Positions 11,491-22,817 of a stretch of 63,178 bases of DNA are shown piece after piece (the first letter of the stretch is position 1; each line of letters begins with the position of its first letter). Source of the DNA: Octopus bimaculoides (lineage: Eukaryota); contig NC_068998.1 in assembly GCF_001194135.2 (NCBI RefSeq), positions 43,320,054 through 43,383,231 on the forward strand. The letters run 5' to 3'. The position numbers and the translations under genes are program-made. The notes beneath the pieces were generated by a model. It did no database searches and was not told the DNA's origin. It saw only the letters and a program-made list of their open reading frames with translations.

Positions 11491-12780
11491 GTTTGTTTTG
11501 GTAAATGTGTAAAAAAGTGAGAATTTGAAATCTGAGTAAAAAGTCATGTCAAAATTTCTGTAGGTTTGTTTTTAAAGTTTTTGACATAAAATAATTTATC
11601 TCATTTCACTTTTACAATATTTAAATTCTAAAAAAGAAACAGCTTATTATTCATAATCAAACAATGGATGAATATACATACAGCTGAAACGAATTTTGAT
11701 TTCACATTGGCTGGAATAAAATGTATCTAATAGAACAGTATTCAAAAGAATTTTGGTCAATCAAGAATGATTATGGACATTTTAGTAGACCAAATCATTT
11801 TTTCCTGAATGCCTATTTTATTTGGTAATATTGTTCCATTTTGTATCAAGAACAGCAATTATGTGGTGAATCAAAATTCACCATTTACTCCTGTTTATTT
11901 TTAAAATTCATCTCTTATCAATGTTGGCGTTAGGAGCAACCTGTGAAATCCAACAAGATATGTTTGTAATGTAATATTTGCATTTTGAGAGCATGTATGA
12001 AGCATTGCAAATGGGAAATTTGAATAAAAGAAGCCCTAACAATTTAGTTTCTATTTTTTGTTTCTTTTTTAATGAAATAAATGGTAGTTATTATTCTCTT
12101 AGCATATTGTTAGGCAACAAGAACTCTTATTCAAAATGAAAGAGAAGATTAGGACAGAGTTAAAATAGATTTTGAATTAATTTTGATTGGGGTATTTTGC
12201 ATGTAACACATCATTATATTCAGAAGAATTGAGATTTGTGAATGAATAAGAGCTTTTAATATGAAAATATTGGGAGAAAAAATTATTTCAGTAATTTTTA
12301 GGGAAATAAAAATTGCATTTCTACAGCTTCTTTTATTCAAATTTTAAAATGAAGATAACCCATAGTTTTTCAAAACAAGTATATTAAATTACATGATTCG
12401 GTTCCTGAGAAATTACTTGGATTTTGTAGTTTTGTAGTTTAACCCATAACACCTAGATAGATACATGAAATTGGTGGAATTCCTTGCATTGAGAAAAAAA
12501 GGATATCTTTATTAGACACATATTGTAAGTGTCCAATAAGAATGGATTTCTGAAAAGTTAACCCGTACAAAACAACAATCCCACGTAGCTCATAATCTGA
12601 AATGAGGTAGAGATTCAGATGACTTTTGGATAAAATTGTTTAAGGACACCAAATTGAGACTGAACACAAGAAAGATTTCTTGTAGCCCTGTCAAATACAT
12701 ACCCTTAAGAATGTTTGATCTCAAGAACAAAAATGTGACAATCTACACATTTTAGTAGAGCACTTTATGGTACATTTTAA

Positions 12781-13393
12781 CCCTTTGGCATTTAAACTGG
12801 CCATATCCAGTCCCAAACAGGTCTTTTTTTGGCGGGTGGGGTATATTCTCAATCAAGTGAAGTATAGGAACTAGGCTGAAGTTTGGCTTGCAGTAGAAAT
12901 TTTAAAACCATTTATCTGGGCACTTATTTATTCACAAATTTAGGTGAAATGGAATGAATGGAGATATGTTGTAGTGCACCTGAGCAGTTGTAGTGCACCT
13001 GAGCACTGTATACAATAATTTCATTATATTATATATTGAAGTAAAAAAAAATATTTCTTGCGAAGAAAAATATGCAAATGAATAAATCATATCAAAAATT
13101 AATTTTTAAATGTAAATGAACGAACCTGAGTTTATCCATTAAGCAGTTTTCAAAGATTCTCCATTAAAAAAATTAGATATATATAAAGATATAAAATAAA
13201 ATAGAGTGAACAATTAAATTAGATTAAGATAATGAAAATAACCATTTTCCTATTAAATGTTCAGCCTGGCCAGCTCCACGTTCTTACATGTTCCCTACAA
13301 TGTCCTTCTAAAAATATATAATCACATCATTGTAATCTTGAAGCTATAAGATAATGCATGATTGATTGGCAGAGTAATCTGAATGCTATAGGG
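12781..13393 (-). mobile_element. piggyBac-like MITE interrupted by about 420 bp of other DNA
   Basis: TTAA-ccctttggcattt at left and gaatgctataggg-TTAA at right; both halves match the intact copy at 55620-55824; the insert includes a LINE-like tail (gttgtagtgcacctgagcactgtatacaataa, also at ~27283). Confidence 0.6.
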
Positions 13394-14118
13394 TTAAGCG
13401 TAGGAGGACGGAGAGACAGTCGAGATCAAATTCTTTCTTCGCCAGTGTCAGTATATATTGCCAGTAGTCGGATATGAACTTCTGAATCTGTGGCAGGAAG
13501 TGCTTCATCCAATCAATTTTGATGAATAAACGAGTCTGTTTTTGATCATACTAAATTCTTTTAACAATGTCTAAAATTTTGGATAATTGTTGTTTTCTTT
13601 TGGTTTTTTGTTTTTGATACATTTTTTGTTTATTTAAGTAGATCTAAAATGAACAAGAAAAATAATTTAATAAAATTGCTTTCATTTACATTAAAAGAAT
13701 TTTCAAACAGGAATCTCAGTTCTTTTTTGTTTCTCTTTTTTATTTTTGAAGTTGAAAGTTGAAGATTGAGAATGTTGGTAATGCCAACCTCCTTTAGTTT
13801 TACACTCTTACATACATTCTGTTTATGCTTTGTTTTCTTTCTTCCATTTTTTCTTCTTTTACTTTTATTTTTGGTTTCATTTCTAGGCAGGAAACCAGCA
13901 TTAAGTTACAGACAGGAAAATAAATTTAAAAATTTAAAAAATCGGTAATTAAGTAACATATGAATTAATCATATTGCTGTTGTCATGGCTACTGTATACA
14001 GAAAAAAGACTGTGTTATTGTTTCTTAATTCAGCCTATTGGTAAACTCTTTGCTTCCATTTAGTCAATGTATATATAGAACACCTCCCCACCCACACATG
14101 TGAACATATAAATTTTAT

Positions 14119-14158
<40 letters not shown>

Positions 14159-14166
14159 ATATATAA

Positions 14167-14203
<37 letters not shown>

Positions 14204-14231
14204 GTTATATTTTATGTGTGTGTATATATAA

Positions 14232-14273
<42 letters not shown>

Positions 14274-14602
14274 CTTGATGCATATGTATACATACACATA
14301 CTTATATATACAAACATATGTACATGCATGCATGCATGCACACACATGCATACAAACACACACACACATATAGTTATATAGTTATGTGAAGGTCAGTGAT
14401 TTGTTGCTGTTTCAGTTGTTGTTGTTTGAATGTTGGAACTACATATAAAAAGATGTTGCTTTGTTTGTCATGTGATTTTGATGTCAAATTTACTGAACAG
14501 AATAGAGGAAAAAAATATATAACTCTTAGTTCTGATTGCAATTATGTAAATTAAAATTTTATAGAAAATTATGTATCCGTTATATATGTATGTGCACAAA
14601 GA

Positions 14603-14657
<55 letters not shown>

Positions 14658-14871
14658 TGTATGTGCGTGTGTGTGTAAGTGCATCTATACATTTACGTAT
14701 TTGCTTCTATANNNNNNNNNNNNNNNNNNNNNNNNNNNNNNNNNNNNNNNNNNNNNNNNNNNNNNNNNNNNNNNNNNNNNNNNNNNNNNNNNNNNNNNNN
14801 NNNNNNNNNNNNNNNNNNNNNNNNNNNNNNNNNNNNNNNNNNNNNNNNNNNNNNNNNNNNNNNNNNNNNNN

Positions 14872-14923
<52 letters not shown>

Positions 14924-15091
14924 TGTATGTGCGTGTGTGTGTAAGTGCATCTATACATTTACGTATTTGCTTCTATAAACTAGTTCATGTGTACCATAAA
15001 AAAAAAGTATTGCCATCCCAATTAAGCTTAATTAAATTTTATGATAGATGCCTGAAGTGCTTCTTAGATTTATATTTAAAAAAAATTAACT

Positions 15092-15500
15092 AGGCATAGC
15101 TGTGTGGTAAGAAGCTTGCTTCCCAATCACATAGTTCAAGGTTCAGTCCCAATGTATGGCACCTTGGGCAAATGTCTTCTACTATAGCCTTGGGCCAAGC
15201 AAACTCTTATGAGTGGATTTGGTAGACAGAAACTGAAAGAAGGTCATTGTATGTATGTATGTATGTATGTATGTATGTATGTATGTATGTATGTTTGTTC
15301 CCCCATCACTACCTGACAACCAGTTTTGGTGTGTTTGCATCCCCATAACTCAGTGGTTTGGCAAAAGAGACCGATAGAATAAGTACTATGTTTAAAAAAT
15401 ATATAAAGTAAGTCCTGGCACTGATTTATTTGGTTAAAACTCTTGAAGATGATGCTCCAGCATGGTCACAGTCATATGACTGAAACCACTAAAAGAATAA
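15092..15500 (+). mobile_element. Family C tRNA-SINE, near full length
   Basis: aggcatagctgtgtggtaagaagcttgc head, ggttcagtccc B-box, internal (TATG)n, ccagcatggtcacagtc..gactgaaac tail. Confidence 0.85.
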
Positions 15501-16486
15501 ATGATATCCATTAGGTTTGACCTCTTTTGTCTCTATGTTAAGTTTGTTTATTTTCAATACCATAATAACATCTAAATTGCTGGAAACATAAGATTTAATT
15601 AAAAATAATTTCTTAAAAATTATAGTTGTTTATTTATCTTAATTTTATTCTGATAATTCATATATTTGTATCATTTTTAGGTATTGGTCTGGCAAAAATA
15701 AATTTAAAAAATAATTTGATTTGAAGAATTATCTCCCTTAAAATCTATCCTCTCACTTTTGATTCTGTTGTAATTTTGTTATTATTGTATGTGGAATTTA
15801 TTTTCAAGCAGTTTATGTGGAGTCAGGAAATCAAATGTTGAAAATTTGGTCCTGTTTGTAAATAAATTTCTGTAAATAAAATTCTTCTACATCAAGATGC
15901 ATAATAATATACCAATGCATAACTGAGAGTACACACACACACACACACACATATTGATTGCCAGAATTTAAACATATAAACGTATCAATATTCATGTATG
16001 TGTGCATGTGCGCACATAGATAAATATGTGTGTGTATCTGTACAGATCTTTATTTTTTTCTGATTCTTGGTTTATAATTAATAGATAGATAGCATGTTTA
16101 TCATTCCAGTATTCCATAAATAAATGCCCAGAGCAGTCTTTATAGAAACCACCTAATAAGTAAATAATTAAGTACATGAATGAAAATTATCCTGATTCTA
16201 AGTAATCTTTCCTTTTTAATGTTGAAAATTGATATATGTACACAATTTACTTATTTTGGTTATGATATCCTTTTGATATTCTTAAATTTTATCTTTATAC
16301 AACATAACAATGTTGTTTATAAACAATCACCCATAGTTCCCCATGATAAAATTTCTTCTGTATTAACATCATAGGTTTTATTAGCATCTTGTCCCTTTAA
16401 CTGCTAATTAACATCATGATTTAGGATCGTCCCCTACCCAGACTCCTTTATCGACAGCTACTTTATACCCAATTTGAACTCAGAAC

Positions 16487-16640
16487 ATGTTCTGAGTTCA
16501 AATTCCACCATGGTTGACTTTGTCTATCATCCTTTCGGGGGTTGATAAATTGAGTACCAGTTATGTACTGTGGTTGATGTAATCGACTGACTCCCTCCCA
16601 CTAAATTTCAGGCCTTGTGCCTATATTAGAGGGGATTATT
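16487..16640 (+). mobile_element. Family A SINE starting at a fold-back palindrome
   Basis: gttctgagttcaaattcc..cctttcggggttgataaattgagtaccag..caggccttgtgcc. Confidence 0.82.
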
Positions 16641-16990
16641 ATAATTATTACATGTTAAGTGTTGTTGTCACTGTTTATCATCGAACCAATACTGAAACCA
16701 ACACATTAGTGATCAAAGATGACTCAAACATGACTATTTTTATTAAAAAATACTGCACACAGGTGCCCAGCATCAAATATATTCTTCCTTATCCCATATG
16801 TTACAGTGCTGGGAAAATTCTGTTGCTTTTTTTTTTTTTTTTTGGCAGAGGGTTTAATTTAGTAGAGATGCTTTCATTGTCTTGGACAACCTTGTAGAAA
16901 ATCCTTTAATGCATTGAATAACAGTGTAGAGGCTCATTTAGTGACCCAGATTTAGAATATTTTATTTCTATATATGTCACGTGCAATATT

Positions 16991-17370
16991 CATCATCAAC
17001 ACCATCATCATCATCACCGTTTAATGTCTGCTTTCCATGCTAGCATGGGTTGGACGATTTGACTGAGGACTGGTGGACCAGGTAGCTACACCAGGCTCCA
17101 ATCTGGTTTGGCAGAGTTTCTACAGCTGGATGCCCTTCCTAACACCAACCACTCTGAGATTGTAGTGGGTGCTTTTACGTGCTACCGGCACAAAGGCCAG
17201 TCAGGTGGTACTGGCAACGGCCATGCTCAAAACGGTGTATTTTACGTGCCATCTGCACAGGAGCCAGTCCAGCGGTACTGGCAACGATCTCGCTTGAATG
17301 TCTTTTCACGTGCCACTGGCACAAGTGCCAGGAAGGCGACGTTGGTAACGATCACGCTCAATTGGTACTA
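16991..17370 (-). mobile_element. Family B SINE with 3 internal tandem units
   Basis: Same body as 8850-9172. Confidence 0.85.
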
Positions 17371-17492
17371 CTTGCTGTAAATTTAAATGTAACCTCCTAC
17401 TGAGTCAAAGCAGAAATTACTGCTTGAAATTTTTTATTGCAGACAATATATTTTAGATTTCATAAGTTTTAATGAAGTAATATATAATTTAA

Positions 17493-17830
17493 TGGAGGCA
17501 CATGGCTCAGTTGTTAGAGCATCAGGTTCACAATCATGAGGTAGTGAGTTCGATTCCCAGACTGGGCTGTGTGTTGTGTTTTGAACAAGACCGTTTATTT
17601 CATATTACTCCAGTTCACTTGGCTGTAGAAATGAGTCGTGATGTCACTAGTGTCAAGCTGTATTGGACTTTGCCTTTCCCTTGGATAATATCAGTGATAT
17701 GGAGAGAGGAGGTTGGTATGCATGGGCGATTGCTGGTCTTCTATAAACATCTTTGCCTGGACTTGTCACCCAGAGGGTAACTCTCTAGGTGCAATCCCAT
17801 GGTCATTCTTGACAGAAGGGGTTCTTTGCT
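17493..17830 (+). mobile_element. Family D tRNA-SINE (CORE-like central segment)
   Basis: A-box tggctcagttg, B-box gagttcgattcc, then tgtgtttttgaacaagac..ctccagttcac..gctgtagaaatgagt; same head at 55258. Confidence 0.75.
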
Positions 17831-19014
17831 TTACTTTAATATATAATTTAAGAGAAATTTGGTTACAATTTCTAGCAAGTTATGTGACCACATAATGGCT
17901 TACCTGTTAGTTTATCTGTTGTTCTATAATTTGATATAACTCTTCTTTTTCAGAAAAATTACTCCACATATATCAACAGGTGCCTTGTGTTTATAAATGT
18001 AGATCAATTTGAACAGGATTCACACTCACTCTAAAGATAGTTTTTTATTTCCTGTAAAAAAATCCGTTGTACATATACACTAAATTGGTTTCCTGCCAAA
18101 ACATTTTGTGTAGTAGGCCTAACACATGACCGAATTCAATACAACCACCTAGTTTTCAAGTGTTGCTGGTGGCAGAAAACAATCTGTTGAAATCATTCAA
18201 AACAAACCTTTTTGGATCCTCCTCCTCTATTTATTTCTTTTTTTCACTTTTTATTTCTATTCTTATTTCTATTTTCCATTGAGATTGACTTACAGATGTT
18301 TAGACTGGCATCAGCCTCATTAGTCTCATCACTTTGGTAGAGCTGCCTTCATCATCAACACCTCTTTTTCCCCCTGTTTAACTTGTGTAGTAAAATAAAG
18401 GTAACAAGTTGGAAAAAAAAAAAAATTCATGCATCAATATTAATATTGATTGCCAGAATTTAAACATATAATATACATTTAATACTCATTGTAAATACCA
18501 CATTGCTAAATGTAATAACAGCGAGTCAAGCTACTGACAAAGTTTCAATTAACAGTCATGTCCATTTCATTTTGCTTGCAATTCTGATTTTGTTGGGAAA
18601 AGCACAAATGCAAAAATTTCCTATTTTTCATCTCTGTTAAAATTATAGGGTCTTTGTGCTAATTCTAAAATAAACTGACATTTCTCATATCATCAAAGGC
18701 TATCATTATCGTTATCTTCATCATTGTAAAAGATTTTTTTTTTTGTTTCCATTTTCGGAAGCATTTAGAATGATCTCAGTATTTAAATTCAATCATAAGG
18801 AACTAAACATTAACAATGCATTCATTAAATTACATTGAAAGCAACAATGCTGTAGTTTTTTAACCTTTTTATTCATATTTCATTTAATTGAACTGTCGTA
18901 TAGAAAAAAAAGAAAACGTGATGATGATGCTAATCATAATGATTACAATAACCAGTAGAGACAAGCGTAAATTTGAAAACTTGATAACAGTAAATACATT
19001 ACTGATATTCTAAT

Positions 19015-19398
19015 ATTCTTTTATTTGTTTCAATCATTTGACTGCAGCCGTGCTGGAGCACCGCCTTTTTACATCAAACAAGTTGACCCCAGAACTTAGT
19101 CATTGTAAGCCTAGTACTTATTCTATCGGTTTCTTATGCTGAACCGCTAAGTTACAGGGACGTAAACACAACAGCATAGTTGTCAAGCAATGATGAGGGG
19201 ACAAACACAGACACACAAACATATGTACTTACATACGACGGGCTTCTTTCAGTTTCCATCTATCAAATCCACTCACAAGGCTTTGGTCAGCCTGAGGCTA
19301 TAGTACAAGACACTTACCCAAGGTACCATGCAGTGGGACTGAACCCAGAGCCATGTGGCTGGTAAGCAAGCTACTTACTACACAACCACTCCTACACT
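19015..19398 (-). mobile_element. Family C tRNA-SINE, full length
   Basis: Both the tail and the gggactgaaccc..agctacttactacacaaccactcct head are present. Confidence 0.87.
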
Positions 19399-19522
19399 TT
19401 AATAATTATAATATGATAATTGTAGAAATAATATTAGACATTTGGAACTGGCACAGGTATATAGAAACATGATATTACAGTTGCAGAAATAATTAGGAAA
19501 TGGAAACTATAATAATAATAAT

Positions 19523-19558
<36 letters not shown>

Positions 19559-19830
19559 TATCATCATCATCATCATTATCATCATCATCATCATTATCAT
19601 CATCATCATCATCATTATCATCATAAACATCATTTAACGTCTGTTGTCCATGCTGGCATGGGTTGAACTGTTTAACCAGAGCTGGGGAGCTGCACCAGAC
19701 TGCAGTCTGATTTCACATCCTAACACCAACCACTTTACACAGTGTTCTGAGGGCTTCTACAAACTTGCTACAAGGCAACACTTCTCTCTCCTCCCTCAAC
19801 TTCATTTTCAAGTGAAACTTAAAAAAAGTT

Positions 19831-20201
19831 CAGTTCTATATTTAAGAGATGAGGAATTATTTACATTATTTACATTATTTACATTTGACGGATATTTGTC
19901 CTCATCTTGTTTGTTAACATGCCCACGGGCATATGGCGTATGCCCACGAGCATATGGCATAGTGGTTAAGAGCGCGGGCTACTAACCCCAAGATTCCGAG
20001 TTTGATTCACGGCAGCGACCTGATTAATAATAAAAATTTAAAAAATAATAATAATAATATAATAATAGTAACATCGTTAGGAATGAGAACCCAGGTTCGA
20101 AATTTCCCCAAGACACCCGACGAAGGCTGGAGGGTATATCAGCCGAAACGTTGTGTTAACAAACAAGATGAGGACAAATATCCGTCAAATGTAAATAATG
20201 T
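19831..20201 (+). mobile_element. Family F: tRNA-headed SINE with hammerhead ribozyme and 5' inverted copy of its own 3' end
   Basis: A-box tggcatagtgg (19955-65), B-box gagtttgattc (19998-20008), (TAA)n, hammerhead at 20112-57; perfect 48-bp inverted repeat 19872-19919/20154-20201; second copy at 41075-41341. Confidence 0.82.
20112..20157 (+). ncRNA. Minimal type I hammerhead ribozyme (Penelope-type, U4C variant in this copy)
   Basis: Stem I gacac/gtgtt, core cCGACGA-A, stem II ggctg/cagcc, GAAA, palindromic stem III AACGTT, predicted cleavage after 20152. Confidence 0.72.
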
Positions 20202-20545
20202 TAAAAAAAGTTGATGAGGGCTTGGCCAAAGAGGAAAGTGTCTGTCTTTAGCTCTTTCAAATGGGTCCACCAAACCACCTCTTTCACTACAGCCACTAGA
20301 CAAATAAAAATTGCCTGCCCCTCTCGGCCAAAAGAGGGCAGCAGGGCAATCTTCACAATGGATTCAGCTGATAGCCAGATCAGTTCTACATGTGACAGCA
20401 AGTGTTCAACATAAACCCACAGGTCAGCAATACTCGGGCACTGGACTAGGGTGTTCAGAATGGTTTCATCATTCTGGGCACACCTCGGGCAGGCCTGGCT
20501 GAGGGAACTTCTGTGCCTGTAAAGTTTATCTTGAACAGGCAGCAC
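20202..20545 (-). mobile_element. L1/Tx1-clade LINE ORF2 C-terminal remnant (zinc-binding region)
   Basis: LPVQDKLYRH..CPRCAQNDETILNTLVQCPSIADLW: CxxC..ET..(H)..C..W motif of L1/Tx1 ORF2 ends. Confidence 0.8.
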
Positions 20546-20599
20546 CCCTCAGTAGCACTGCCAAGCAAGGGATTTCTGGAAGTTATCCAAAGGCCTAGC

Positions 20600-21097
20600 T
20601 TAGGAGAGGTGGGGATGAATCGACCCCAGTGTTCAACTGGTACTTATTTTATCGACCCTGAAAGGGATGCAAGGCAAAGACGACCTTAGCAGAATTTGAA
20701 CCCAAAACATAAAGACAGACAAAAAGCCACTAAGCATTTTGCCTGGTGTGTTAATGATTCTGACTTATCAACAATAATGATAATGATGATAGTAGCAGTA
20801 ATAATAATAGTGATAATAAGAACAATAATCCTTTCTACTAAATGCACAAGGCTTGAAATGTTTGGGGAGGGAACTAGTTGATTACATCAACCCCCAGTGT
20901 TTCACTGATATTTAATTCATTGACCCCAAAAGGATAAAAGGCAAAGTCGACCTTGGCGGAATTTGAACACAGAACATAAAGACGGATGAAATGCCGCTAA
21001 GCATTTCATCCAGCATGCTAATGATTCAGCCACCTCACCACCTTAATAATAATAATAATAATAATAATGATAATAATAATAATGATAATAATAATGA

Positions 21098-21128
<31 letters not shown>

Positions 21129-21260
21129 AATAATATTGATAATAGGAATAATAATAAAAATAATAATAATGATAATAATAAAAGTAATTACTAACATAGG
21201 TTCATAACTTCAGATGTAGTGGGAGGATAAAGTCGATTATATTGATCCCAGTGCTTGACT
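20600..21260 (-). mobile_element. Cluster of three family A SINEs
   Basis: Repeated ctggtacttattttatcgaccc..aaggcaaagtcgacctt..gaatttgaac cores separated by (AAT)n. Confidence 0.82.
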
Positions 21261-22241
21261 GAGTTTTAAGTTTTTAATTTTATCAGCTCCATAATAATGA
21301 TGAGGATAGCCATGATGATGATGATAACAAACTCTCACTCCAAAATTTGTGAATAGAGAGTTAAATAAATGCAGTTAAAGAAATTTTTGTGATTTTTTTT
21401 TTTCCTTTTTTTTTTTTGTCTTTTTCCGTAGAAAGTTGCTAAAGAACCATAAACAGAATAATGCACTAAAAACGTGGCTTCCACCCCCGCCCCACCCCCG
21501 CCACACTCTTCTTTTAATGAAATAAGATTTAGTCTTAAAGATATTCTCTTTTTATTTGCTTCTTTAGTTAAAGACTTGTTCTCTTGGAACCGCCCACATG
21601 TAGTAAGTGTGGCAGCCATTTTCATCTAGATTTTTCTTTTTATCATTATCAAACATCATTATTATTATCATTACTACTACTATAATTATTAATGCTATCA
21701 TCATCATCATTATTATTGCTATTGTTATTATCATTATTTAGGTCTTTATTGAAAAAAAAATTAGTAAATTACACTAAATTCTTGTCAAAATTTTTACTTT
21801 TCTTATATCATATTTAAAAATCTTTTTGCTTCAAGTTTAAAACCAGCTTCTTATTAACCAGGATTGTTTGAATGGTGTCTCATATTATCCAGTGTAGTTA
21901 CTCTCTCCTCATTCTACGTTTGGGATTCATTCTGTTAGTTATTTTGTCCTATTTTGTTATAACTATTTATTACCTATTTCTTCATGTATCGTCACTATTA
22001 CGATTGATGTCAGATTTTTACTCAGTGTAAATCTACTTCTATTTTTTGGCTTGTTATTTCAGTTTTATACTTTGGATTTGCCCTATTCCCGATGCCTTGG
22101 GTCCTTTTAGTTAACATAATGAGTCATTATTGCTGTTTCTGTTAGATTTTTATTTTTTCAAGCTTGAAAAGTTTATTATTATTATTATTATTATTATTAT
22201 TTATTATTATTGTTCACTAGTTCTATTTTTATAACGTGCTT

Positions 22242-22552
22242 TCACTTCACTACCGAGCGCAGCTCTGTGTGACTTGGGTATGTGCTGTGGTTTGCCGTGA
22301 TGCTCTTATGGTTACTATATTGAAAGTGTTTTGCATAGAATGTGTGCAGTGCCCAGTAGTGCAATTTTCTGTATGTTATATATACTTGTAAGTCCTGGTG
22401 TTTTTCATCCACTCTATTGCAGATGTGGCACAGCAGAGACACATGCTCAATCCTCAGGTTGACCATCCAGTTTGTGGTCAGAGCTTAGTCCTGCACTGCC
22501 AGTATAGTGCTCTCGGTCTCTCCTTTTAGGGTTCCTTTTGTCAGTTCCTTTC
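22242..22552 (-). mobile_element. R4/Dong-clade non-LTR retrotransposon remnant
   Basis: Translation KELTKGTLKGETESTILAVQD*ALTTNW..LCHICNRVDE matches the LKxETE..AxQDQAL..CxxC..ET motif of R4/Dong ORFs; in-frame stop; (AAT)n on its 3' side. Confidence 0.78.
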
Positions 22553-22579
22553 AAATAATAATAATAATAATAATCTTTT

Positions 22580-22817
22580 TTTTCTTTTTACTTGTTTCAG
22601 TCATTTGACTGTGTCCATGCTGGAGCACCGCCTTTAGTCGAATCAAATCGACCCAAGGTCTTATTCTTTGTAAGCCTAGTACTTATTCTATTGGTCTCTT
22701 TTTGCCGAACCGCTAAGTTACAGGGACGTAAACACACCAGCATCGGTTGTCAAGCGATGTTGGGGGGACAAACACAGATACATAACATATACGCACACAT
22801 ACATATATATATATATA
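22580..22817 (-). mobile_element. Family C SINE cut by an assembly gap
   Basis: Same tail and body as 8095-8365. Confidence 0.85.

Noticed and set aside
13400-13560. Protein-like minus-strand frame (KIDWMKHFLPQIQKFISDYWQYIL...)
   Set aside because: No recognisable family, no clear splice sites, and truncated by a MITE; needs TBLASTN before any call.
14654-14977. Apparent tandem duplication on both sides of the 14712-14871 gap
   Set aside because: Identical sequence flanking an N run next to (TA)n is typical of unmerged overlapping contig ends.
14536-15093. Long ORFs rich in YI/HT/CV/poly-X in the ORF track (also 22592-23542, 34991-36127, 59935-60471 and others)
   Set aside because: They are translations of (TA)n/(CA)n microsatellites and N gaps, not genes.
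19950-20020. tRNA gene calls for SINE heads (also 17493, 49520-49597, 55258)
   Set aside because: A/B boxes are present but acceptor and anticodon stems do not close, and each continues into a SINE body.
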